DNA from: Eledone cirrhosa
Taxonomy: Eukaryota
Assembly: GCA_964016885.1 (NCBI GenBank)
Contig: OZ024740.1
Coordinates: forward strand, 431,582,001-431,646,000
Length of the DNA stretch: 64,000 nucleotides
Reading direction: 5' to 3'
The position numbers and the translations under genes are program-made. This document shows positions 27,633-38,523 of the stretch, in pieces. How positions within the stretch are numbered: position 1 is the first letter of the stretch; each line of letters starts with the position of its first letter. The notes under the pieces are model-generated. The model saw only the letters and a list, made by a program, of their open reading frames with translations. It did not search any database and was not told where the DNA came from.

Positions 27633-29141
27633 ATTTCTTTATTAGCCACAAGGGCGCAACAAGAAAGGGGACAATACAAAGACATGCCGGGGATTTTACA
27701 TACAGTCGTGTAAAAAATATAAAAACAAACAATTTCAACAATCGAAATCCCCAATAGGGGGTAGGCGCCACAAATGGGTTGTTTAATACCCCGTCGATAG
27801 AACAACCCTCAACTCAAGGAGCGTGTTGTGCAAGTGCTCCTTTCTTCCTTTTGCTCTCTTCCTCAACCTACAGGCTTATAAACAGAGAAGGCCCAATCAC
27901 TCGGGCCATTTTCGCTTCATTCACCCACCTTTCAGTAAATTTACTGGGGTGCAGTGCCTCTCTCTCCACCCTGATTCTCCTTCTAAAGTGATACTTAAAG
28001 AATGGAATCAATTGTTGTCCGGAGAGAAAGGCATCTGTCCTCAGTCCTCTCAACCTCGTCCACCATATAACTTCTTTCACCATAGCCACCGTACAGAGGA
28101 AAACCGCCTCTCTTTCGTTTTTGAAAGAGTCTGGCGGTTTGATCCTTACTATGGATTCGGCAGTCAACTGTATTTGTCCCATACGCGACAGCAGTTGTTC
28201 TGCATAGTTCCACAGGTCGCTTACGCCCGGGCAGTGTACAATTGCGTGCAGAACTGTTTCAATGTCCTGCGCACATTTTGGACACGTCCTCTTGGAAGGA
28301 TCCCTGCCAGGGCGTCCGTGCCCGTAGATCTTGTCACGAACCGGTAGAGCTCCTTGGTAGCACTGCCAGGCCAGGGACCTCTGGAAGTTGTCCATAGGTC
28401 CCGGGCGGAAAGTCCTACCAAACATACTGGTGAGCTCATCGTCTTCGACGCCCAGAGTCTCTCCGAGCACGTCGTCGCCCTTGTAACGTACAATCCCTCT
28501 ATAGAATGTCGAAGTGGAGTCTCCACTGATTGCTGTGCCCGCTTGCCAGAGGACTATGAGCGCCTGAGCGCATTCAATGTGCCAGGCGCCCATCGTTTTC
28601 GGTCTTTTCTTCACCCAGGACTGCAGCTCCGTTAGCGAGACGAGCTGTGGGAAAGCCTGTCTCACAAACGGTGCCCACACCGGTTGGGGGTCGGTGAGGA
28701 ATACCTGGAGATGCCGCAGCCTCAGCGCATGTTTGCGCATCATCAGCCACGGCATTCCCAGCCCTCCGTTGGAAGGGTGCTGACAGCAGACGGATCTCCT
28801 CACCAGCGGAGCCTGCTTCTTCCACAGAAACTGGAGGAGCATGCGTTCCATCTTGACGAGGTGTTCACGGGGACAAGGCACGACAGTCAAGCGGTAGTAG
28901 ATGACGGACGCTATGAAAGTGTTCGCCACCTCCACTCGACCTTTCAAGGACAATTTGCACTCTGCCCACTTCTGAGTGAGTGCAAACACCTTGGCCGTGA
29001 CCTCGTTCCAGTTTTTCTCCACCTGGAGGTCTGGACCGAACCAGACCCCGAGCAATTTCACCGGTCCGTCCGTCCAGCGTCCAACGACGCTGGACGGATG
29101 TCATCGGTTTGCCTCTCCACGTACCGAGTTGCAAACCGACA
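27633..29141 (-). mobile_element. 5'-truncated L1/Tx1-clade non-LTR retrotransposon (1.5 kb), 18-bp TSD
   Basis: TSD GATTAGTATTATATATTG at 27615-27632 and 29142-29159, with a matching empty site at ~37721-37770. Contains an ORF2 C-terminus and a ~235-bp 3' UTR ending AATAAAGAAAT with no poly(A). Confidence 0.95.
27868..29061 (-). pseudogene. C-terminal fragment of LINE ORF2 (end of RT, thumb region, zf-RVT-type CCHC zinc knuckle)
   Basis: KLLGVWF (end-of-RT xLG motif), LSLKGR...NTFIAS, GGLG and CPKCAQDIETVLHAIVHC (CX2CX8HX4C) are typical of L1/Tx1 ORF2. The endonuclease and RT catalytic core are missing, so the GTG start is not a real start. Confidence 0.9.
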
Positions 29142-32100
29142 GATTAGTATTATATATTGGAGAGGACTTACCTTATCATTGGTTAGTATTATATAGAGGA
29201 GAGGACTTATCTTACCATTTGTTAGTATTATATATAGGGGGACTTATCTTACCAGTTGTTAGTATAATATATAGGAGAGGACTTATCTTACCATTGGTTA
29301 GTATTATATATAGGAGGGGACTTATCTTACCAGTTGTTAGTATAATATATAGGAGAGGACTTATCTTACCAGTTGTGAGTATAATATATAGGAGAGGACT
29401 TATCTTACCATTGGTTAGTATTATATATAGGAGAGGACTTATCTTACCATTGGTTAGTATTATATATAGGAGCGGACTTATTTTACCAGTTGTTAGTATT
29501 ATATATAGGAGAGGGCTTATCTTAGCATTAGTTAGTATTATATATAGGAGAGGATTTACCGTACCATTGGTTAGTATTATATATAGGAGAGGTCTTATCT
29601 TACAAGTTGTTAGTAATATATATAGGAGACGACTTATTTTACATTGGTTAGTATTATATATAGGCGAGGACGTATCTTACCAGTTGTTAGTATTATATAT
29701 AGGAGAGGACTTATTTACCAGTGGTAAGTATTATATATAGGAGAGGACTATCTTACCATTTGTTAGTATAATATATAGAAGAGTAGTTATCCTACCAGTT
29801 GTTATTATTATATATAGGAGAGTAGTTATCCTACCAGTTGTTAGTATTATATATAGGAGAGGACTTATCTTACCAGTTGTTAGTATTATATATAGGAGAG
29901 GACGTATGTTAAAAGTTGTTAGTATTATATATAGGAGAGGGCTTAACTTACCAATGGTTACTATTATATATAGGAGAGGACTATCTTACCAGTTGTTAGT
30001 ATTATAGATAGGAGAGGATTTACCGTACCTTTGGTTAGTATTATATATAGTAGAGGACTTATCTTACCATTGGTTAGTATTATATATAGGAGGGGACTTA
30101 TCTTACCAGTTGTTAGTATTAAAGATAGGAGAGGGCTATCTTACCAGTTGTTAGTATTATATACAGGAGAGGATTTGCCGTACCATTAGTTAGTATTATA
30201 TATAGGAGAGGAGTTATCGTACCAGTTGTTAGTATTATATATAGGAGAGGACTTATTTTACATTTGTTAGTATTATATATAGGCGAGGACTTATCTTACC
30301 AGTTGTTAGTATTATATATAGGAGAGGACTATCTTACCAGTTGTTAGTATTATATATAGGAGAGGACTATCTTACCAGTTGTTAGTATTATATATAGGAG
30401 AGGACTTATCTTACCAGTTGTTAGTAAAATATATAGGAGAGGACTTACCTTACCATTGGTTAGTATTATATATAGCAGAGGAATTATCCTACCAGTTGTT
30501 GGTATTATATATAGGAGAGGACTTATCTTACCAGTTGTTAGTATTATATATAGGAGAGGACTTATCTTACCATTGGTTAGTAATATATGTAGGAGGGGAC
30601 TTATATTACCAGTTGTTAGTATTATATATAGGAGAGGACTATCTTACCAGTTGTTAGTATTATATATAGGAGAGGATTTACCGTACCATTGCTTAGTATT
30701 ATATATAGGAGGGGATTTATCTTACCAGTTGTTAGTATTATATATAGGAGAGGACTTATCTTACCAGTGGTTAGTGTAATATATAGGAGAGGACTTATCT
30801 TACCATTGGTTAGTATTATATATAGGAGAGGAGTTATCCTACCAGTTGTTAGTATTATATATAGGAGAGGATTTATCTTACCAGTTGTTAGTATTATATA
30901 TAGGAGAGGACTTATTTACCAGTGGTTAGTATTATATATACGAGAGGACTATCTTACCAGTTGTTAGTATTATATATAGGAGAGGATTTACCGTACCATT
31001 GCTTAGTATTATATATAGGAGCGGACTTATTTTACATTGGTTAGTATTATATATAGGGGAGGACGTATGTTACCAGTTGTTAGTATTATATATAGGAGAG
31101 GACTTAGGTACCAGTGGTTAGTATCATATATAGGAGAGGACTTATCGTACCAGTTGTTAGTATTATAGATAGGAGAGGACTTATCTTACCATTGGTTAGT
31201 ATTATATATAGGAGGGGACCTATCTTACCAGTTGTTAGTATAATATATAGGAGAGGACTTATCTTACCATTGGTTAGTATTATATATAGGAGAGGACTTA
31301 TCTTACCATTGGTTAGTATTATATATAGGAGGGGAGTTATCTTACCAGTTGTTAGTATTATATATAGGAGAGGGCTTATCTTACCATTAGTTAGTATTAT
31401 ATATAGGAGAGGATTTACCGTACCATTGGTTAGTATTATATATAGGAGAGGTCTTATCTTACAAGTTGTTAGTAATATATATATAGGAGAGGTCTTATTT
31501 ACCAGTGGTTAGTATTATATATAGGAGAGGTCTATCTTACCAGTTGTTAGTATTATATATAGGAGAGGATTTATCTTACCAGTTGTTAGTATAATATATA
31601 GCAGAAGACTTATCTTACCATTGGTTAGTATTATATATAGGAGAGGAGTTATCCTACCAGTTGTTAGTATTATATATAGGAGAGGACTTATTTTACATTG
31701 GTTAGTATTATATATAGGCGAGGACTTATCTTACCAGTTGTTACTATTATATATAGGAGAGGACGTATCTTACCTGTTGTTAGTATTATATATAGGAGAG
31801 GAGTTATCTTACCGGTAGTTACTATTATATATAGGAGAGGTCTATCTTACCAGTTGTTAGTATTATAGATAGGAGAGGATTTACCGTACCTTTGGTTAGT
31901 ATTGTATATAGGAGAGGACTATCTTACCAGTTGTTAGTATTATATATAGGAGAGGACTATCTTACCAGTTGTTAGTATTATATATAGGAGGGAGAGGACT
32001 TATCTTACCATTGGTTAGTATTATATATAGGAGAGAACATATCTTACCATTGGTTATTATTATATATAGGAGGGGACTTATCTTACCAGTTGTTAGTATT

Positions 32101-33290
32101 ATATATAGGAGAGGACTTATCTTACCAGTTGTTAGTGTAATATATAGGAGAGCACTTATCTTACCATTGGTTAGTATTATATATAGGAGAGGAGTTATCC
32201 TACCAGTTGTTAGTTTTATACATAGGAGAGGACTTATCTTACCAGTTGTTAGTATTATATATAGGAGAGGACTTATCTTACCATTGGTTAGTATTATATA
32301 TAGGAGGGGACCTATCTTACCAGTTGTTAGTATAATATATAGGAGAGGAGTTATCTTACCATTGGTTAGTATTATATATAGGAGAGGACTTATCTTACCA
32401 TTGGTTAGTATTATATATAGGAGGGGAGTTATCTTACCAGTTGTTAGTATTATATATAGGAGAGGGCTTATCTTACCATTAGTTAGTATTATATATAGGA
32501 GAGGATTTACCGTACCATTGGTTAGTATTATATATAGGAGAGGTCTTATCTTACAAGTTGTTAGTAATATATATATAGGAGAGGACTTATTTACCAGTGG
32601 TTAGTATTATATATAGGAGAGGACTATCTTACCAGTTGTTAGTATTATATATAGGAGAGGATTTATCTTACCAGTTGTTAGTATAATATATAGGAGAAGA
32701 CTTATCTTACCATTGGTTAGTATTATATATAGGGGAGGAGTTATCCTACCAGTTGTTAGTATTATATATAGGAGAGGACTTATTTTACATTGGTTAGTAT
32801 TATATATAGGCGAGGACTTATCTTACCAGTTGTTAGTATTATATATAGTAGAGGACGTATCTTACAAGTTGTTAGTATTATATATAGGAGAGGACTTATC
32901 TTACCAGTGGTTACTATTATATATAGGAGAGGACTATCTTACCAGTTGTTAGTATTATAGATAGGAGAGGATTTAGAGTACCATTGGTTAGTATTATATA
33001 TAGGAGAGGACTTATCTTACCAGTTGTTAGTATATTATATAGGAGAGGATTTACTGTACCATTGGTTAGTATTATATATAGGAGAGGTCTTATCTTACAA
33101 GTTGTTAGTAATATATATAGGAGAGGAATTATTTTACATTGCTTAGTATTATATATAGGCGAGGACGTATCTTACCAGTTGTTAGTATTATATATAGGAG
33201 AGGACTTATTTACCAGTGGTTAGTATTATATATAAGAGAGGACTATCTTACCAGTTGTTAGTATTATATATAGGAGAGGATTTACCGTAC

Positions 33291-33843
33291 TTTAGCAGTA
33301 TTGGTTATAGATGTTATCGCCGGTTTAGCAGGGTGGTAGAATCAGTGGTCGTTAGTTGCCAGTGTGGTAAGTGATAGTATCCTCGTTGGATTATCTTGTT
33401 GACATAGACGTGAGGGAAGGTCCCTCGATCTATTTACCATCTATTTACAATATTCCTTTCGTCAGGGCGCCAATACCAGCAGCATGGATTAAAGATGTTA
33501 TTTAGACACGAGTAACATAAAAACGACTTCAACCGCAGTAATTAGAGATGAAATGTTTGTTTATTTATATGGTTGAAGTTACAGATACAAAGAGTTTACA
33601 AAATGGAATGTGCCATTGCGCCGTCAAGCCGGCGAGGCTAGTGGTGCAATATCTCACTGTTACATTATACGTGTTGCTGGCTCGAAGTTTCTGGTACAAG
33701 CTAGAGATTCTTCAAATCTTCGGGGGGAATTTCTTCCTCAGGGCGCGTAGGGATACATCCTCTTCTACTGGCGCTGATTGGCTGAACTGAGCCAAATCAC
33801 GCACAGAGAATGTATGTGAGCCCGCGGAATGTAGGTCACTACG
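33291..33843 (-). repeat. 3' LTR (553 bp; minus strand CGTAG...CTAAA)
   Basis: Direct repeat of 35423-35975, with 7 substitutions counted by eye. Confidence 0.93.
33560..33569 (-). promoter_or_regulatory. Overlapping TATA-like and AATAAA motif in the LTR (TATAAATAAA)
   Basis: Reverse complement of TTTATTTATA. A CCAAT box (AGCCAATCA, 33775-33783) lies upstream on the same strand. Function is inferred. Confidence 0.5.
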
Positions 33844-33857
33844 TCACCTCCAACCAG
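33844..33857 (-). other. Degenerate polypurine tract (CTGGTTGGAGGTGA) abutting the 3' LTR
   Basis: G-rich tract immediately 5' of the 3' LTR on the minus strand, interrupted by T. Confidence 0.55.
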
Positions 33858-35408
33858 ATTTTCAGCCGAAAATCGATAACGAAGAAACCAAGGATCCACA
33901 TATTATTGAATCAGCAAGAACAAATGCTGAAAGAGCACATCAGCGAAAAAAAAATTGAGCGGAAGGTTGCATGCAAAAACAAAAAATGAGGCGCTACGGG
34001 CCGTGTTGAGCCGCTGTGTCAAATGACCAATTGTTTTGTTGTTTATACGTGACCGCCAAAGGTCTAACAAAAAACGGACAAAGTCTGACATGGGCGAAGT
34101 TGCTGTTCTTGCATTAAATGTTAATGGTAAGCGTTGTACCAGTAGCTGTGAACGAAGCTATTATGGTAGTTTACCAGTGCTGGCGAGAAAATGATGGCCC
34201 GCAGATGTATTGTCGAATGTGCTGTGGAGCCAGGAAAAAATGGCTGGTTGCTTTGTAAAGAACAAAAGGCAAGTTTAATTTGTAGGTGGGTTGCAGTGTA
34301 AATTCCATAATTTGGGCGAATCCACAGAAGTGGCCGAAATGCTAACAAGTCCAGTTCAATTTGTTGCTTTCCCAGCGAGTCGGGCAAAAACAACAAGACG
34401 GATGGCCGTCATGGACGATCAGTGTGCAACGAGATGCGAAGCTGTTTGAGTTCAGCGGCAATTAGTATTCTCGTGTTGCGGCGACTGTTTGAATCCAGTG
34501 GATTAAGCTCTGTGAGCTGCCAGCATCTCAACCAGGTGAAAAGGGACTCGCAGAATATTACGTTTGAAGAACATATACCAAGAACAACATGTTGGTGTGT
34601 GATAAAAAAAATGTGTGCATATGCAGGCATGTAAAACAGCAAAGAATGTGAATGAACAAAAACCATGAGCAAGCAAATAGCAAAAGAGCACAAAACAAGT
34701 AAATGCATTCTACAAAGAAATATGTGAATGTAACAAACTGATAATTCAAAGTCAATCTAGGGGAGCAGAGAAATTGCTCAATAAGTTCAAAGTTTTTCAA
34801 AGTCAAATAGTTCACACATCACCAGTGTACAGACACTAGTTCTATCTGAAAACTGAAAAAGAAGTTTGTTAATGCCGTTAGGGGTTAGATGTATGGTGTT
34901 TTTGTGAGATTTCGTGGCCATTTTCCCGTCCCGCCACACGGTTGTGTTGCTTATTGTTAAAGCAAAGTCAAAGAATCTTCTGTAGAGTAGGAGTCACCAA
35001 ATATGGCAGTCACGTCTGACGCCATAATGGTGAGAAAACGACTGTCTCAATTTCACGCGTCCCTGTGGTAACGAGACAGAAGGTATGGTGGTTGCGTCGG
35101 TAAAGTTACAAGCCGTTTTGAAATTTCCGATGTGTGGTGGTTGGCGTTGGTAAGGTTATGAAGCTGCCACTCACTGTTCCCTGTATTGGTCAGTGGTTAA
35201 ACAACGCTGTCGCTGCTGCTGTCATTGTTGTTGTCAAGCGTAGCCATGACATGTCGGTAGCCATCTTGAAATTTTTTCGTGGCGAAAAAGTTTTTGAAAT
35301 ACTGCTAATTTTTCAAAAATCTTAAAAGGAATATTCTGGATTTTCGCAAGTTGCGACGTGGCAATAAAAGTTAAACTGAATGAATAAGAAGGGCTGCGTG
35401 ACATTCTT

Positions 35409-35421
35409 ACGTCGGTCACCA
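35409..35421 (-). other. Primer-binding site TGGTGACCGACGT, tRNA-Trp-like
   Basis: Lies 1 nt after the 5' LTR. Matches the complement of the metazoan tRNA-Trp 3' end (TGGTGACCCCGACGTGA, from recall) with two C missing. Confidence 0.8.
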
Positions 35422-35422
35422 C

Positions 35423-35975
35423 TTTAGCAGTATTGGTTATAGATGTTATCGCCGGTTTAGCAGGGTGGTAGAATCAGTGGTCGTTAGTTGCCAGTGGGGT
35501 AAGTGATAGTATCCTCGTTGGATTATCTTGTTGACATAGACGTGAGGGAAGGTCCCTCGATCTATTTACCATCTATTTACAATATTCCTTTCGTCAGGGC
35601 GCCAATACAAGCAGCATGGATTAAAGATGTTATTTAGACACGAGTAACATAAAAACGACTTCAACCGCAGTAATTAGAGATGAAATGTTTGTTTATTTAT
35701 ATGGTTGAAGTTACAGATACAAAGAGGTTACAAAATGGAATGTGCCATTGCGCCGTTAAGCCGGCGAGGCTAGTGGTGCAATATCTCACTGTTACATTAT
35801 GCGTGTTGCTGGCTCGAAGTTTCTGGTACAAGCTAGAGATTCTTCAAATCTTCGCGGGGAATTTCTTCCTCAGGGCGCGTAGGGATACATCCTCTTCTAC
35901 TGGCGCTGATTGGCTGAACTGAGCCAAATCACGCACAGAGAATGTATGTGAGCCCGCGGAATGTAGGTCACTACA
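35423..35975 (-). repeat. 5' LTR (553 bp; minus strand TGTAG...CTAAA)
   Basis: Starts with canonical TG next to the TSD and is followed by the PBS. Confidence 0.93.
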
Positions 35976-38495
35976 GTACCATTGCTTAGTATTATATATA
36001 GGAGGGGACTAATCTTACCAGTTGTTAGTATAATATATAGGAAAGGACTTACCTTACCATTGGTTAGTATTATATATAGCAGAGGAGTATTCCTACCAGT
36101 TGTTAGTATTATATATAGGAGAGGACTTATCTTACCAGTTGTTAGTATTATATATAGGAGGGTACTTATCTTACCAATTGTTAGTATTATATATAGGAGA
36201 GGACTTATCTTACCATTGGTTAGTATTATATATAGGAGGGGACTTGTGTTACCAGTTGTTATATTATATATAGGAGAGGACTTATCTTACCAGTTGTTAG
36301 TATTATATACAGGAGAGGATTTACCGTACCATTGCTTAGTATTATATATAGGAGAGGTCTTATCTTACCTGTTGTTAGTAATATATATAGAAGAGGACTT
36401 ACTTTATATTGGTTAGTATTATATATAGGCAAGGACTTATCTTACCAGTTGTTAGTATTATATATAGGAGAGGACTTAGCTTACCATTGGTTAGTATTAT
36501 ATATAGGAGGGGACTTATCTTACCAGTTGTTAGTATATTATATAGGAGAGGACTTATCTTAATATTGGTTAGTATTATATATAGGAGAGGATTTACGGTA
36601 ACATTGGTTAGTATTATATCCTAAAGATATTACTTATTTTACATTGGTTAGTATTATATATAGGCGAGGACGTATCTTACCAGTTGTTAGAATTATATAT
36701 AGGAGAGGACTTATTTACCAGTGGTTAGTATTATATATAGGAGAGGACTTATCTTACCAGTTGTTAGTATTATATATAGGAGAGGATTTATCTTACCAGT
36801 TGTTAGTATAATATATAGGAGAAGACTTATCTTACCATTGGTTAGTATTATATATAGGAGAGGAGTTATCCCACCAGTTGTTAGTATTATATATAGGAGA
36901 GGACTTATTTTACATTGGTTAGTATTATATATAGGTATTACTTATTTTACATTGGTTAGTATTATATATAGGCAAGGACTTATCTTACTAGTTGTTAGTA
37001 TTATATATAGGAGAGGACTTAGCTTACCATTGGTTAGTATTATATATAGGAGGGGACTTATCTTACCAGTTGTTAGTATATTATATAGGAGAGGACTTAT
37101 CTTAATATTGGTTACTATTATATATAGGAGAGGATTTACGGTAACATTGGTTAGTATTATATATAGAAGGGGACTTATCTTACCAGTTGTTAGTATTATA
37201 TATAGGAGAGGACTTATCTTACCAGTTGTTAGTATAATATATAGGAGAGGACTTATCTTACCATTGGTTAGTATTATATATAGCAGAGGAGTTATCCTAC
37301 CAGTTGTTAGTATTATATATAGGAGAGGACTTATCTTACCATTGGTTAGTATTATATATAGGAGGGGACTTATCTTACCAGTTGTTAGTATTATATATAG
37401 GAGAGGACTTATCTTACCAGTTGTTAGTATTATATATAGGAGAGGACTTATCTTACCAGTTGTTAGTATAATATATAGGAGAGGACTTATCTTACCATTG
37501 GTTAGTATTATATATAGCAGAGGAGTTATCCTACCAGTTGTTAGTATTATATATAGGAGAGGACTTATCTTACCAGTTGTTAGTATTATATATAGGAGAG
37601 GACTTATCTTACCATTGGTTAGTATTATATATAGGAGGGGACTTATCTTACCAGTTGTTAGTATATTATATAGGAGAGGACTTATCTTAATATTGGTAAG
37701 TATTATATATAGGAGAGGATTTACCGTACAATTGATTAGTATTATATATTGGAGAGGACTTACCTTACCATTTGTTAGTAATATATATAGGAGAGGACTT
37801 ATCTAACCATTGGTTAGTATTATATATAGGAGAGGATTTATCTTACCATTGGTTAGTATTATATATAGGAGGGGACTTATCTTACCAGTTGTTAGTATTA
37901 TATGTAGGAGAGGGCTTATCTTACCATTAGTTAGTGTTATATATAGGAGAGGATTTACCGTACTATTGTTTAGTATTATATATAGGAGAGGTCTTATCTT
38001 ACAAGTTGTAAGTAATATATATAGGAGAGGACTTATTTTACATTGGTTAGTATTATATATAGGCGAGGACGTATCTTACCAGTTGTTAGTATTATATATA
38101 GGAGAGGACTTATTTACCAGTGGTTAGTATTATATATAGGAGAGGACTATCTTACCAGTTGTTAGTATTATATATAGGAGAGGATTTACCGTACCATTGC
38201 TTAGTATTATATATAGGAGGGGACTTATCTTACCAGTTGTTAGTATTATATATAGGAGAGGACTTATCTTACCAGTTGTTAGTATAATATGTAGGAGAGG
38301 ACTTATCTTACCATTGGTTAGTATTATATATAGGAGAGGACTTATCTTACCAGTTGTTATATTATATATAGGAGAGGAGTTATCTTAACATTGGTTAGTA
38401 TTATATATAGGAGGGGACTTATCTTACCAGTTGTTAGTATTATATATAGGATAAGACTTATCTTACCATTAGTTAGTATTATATATAGGAGAGGA

Positions 38496-38523
38496 TGCTG
38501 GCCTTGTGCCAAAAGTAGAAACA
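38496..38523 (+). mobile_element. 28-bp 3' stub of the SINE (or of its partner LINE tail), 18-bp TSD
   Basis: TGCTGGCCTTGTGCCAAAAGTAGAAACA flanked by ATTATATATAGGAGAGGA at 38478-38495 and 38524-38541. Confidence 0.85.

Larger units (their letters stand above)
23030..35975. repeat. Segmental duplication, copy A (satellite + SINE + LINE + LTR element); copy B starts at ~49300
   Basis: Identical TE junctions and variant monomer order at offsets 25303 (SINE), 25342 (LINE) and 26186 (LTR). Boundaries are approximate. Confidence 0.92.
33291..35975 (-). mobile_element. Non-autonomous Gypsy-like LTR retrotransposon (TRIM/LARD-like), 2685 bp, 4-bp TSD GTAC
   Basis: 553-bp direct repeats. GTAC at 33287-33290 and 35976-35979 within the monomer TTTACCGTACCATTGCTT. 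PBS and PPT-like tract are in the expected positions. The 1579-bp interior has no gag/pol-like ORF. Confidence 0.92.

Noticed and set aside
27586-29740. Overlapping alternative-frame and antisense ORFs across the LINE
   Set aside because: Shadow ORFs of GC-rich coding sequence, some running into the satellite.
33400-33780. Hammerhead ribozyme, retrozyme or Penelope pseudo-LTR (two minus-strand CGCCCTGANGA motifs at ~33459-33470 and ~33735-33745)
   Set aside because: I could not build stem II closing onto GAAA or a stem III with an NUH site. The PBS, TG start and 4-bp TSD fit a true LTR element. An Infernal search with hammerhead models would settle it.
34877-34888. Telomere-like GTTAGGGGTTAG
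   Set aside because: Only about two imperfect units, as expected by chance.
33548-35922. Short ORFs (62-99 aa) in the LTR element as gag, pol or accessory genes
   Set aside because: No zinc knuckle, protease, RT or integrase motif is recognisable. They recur only because the DNA is duplicated.
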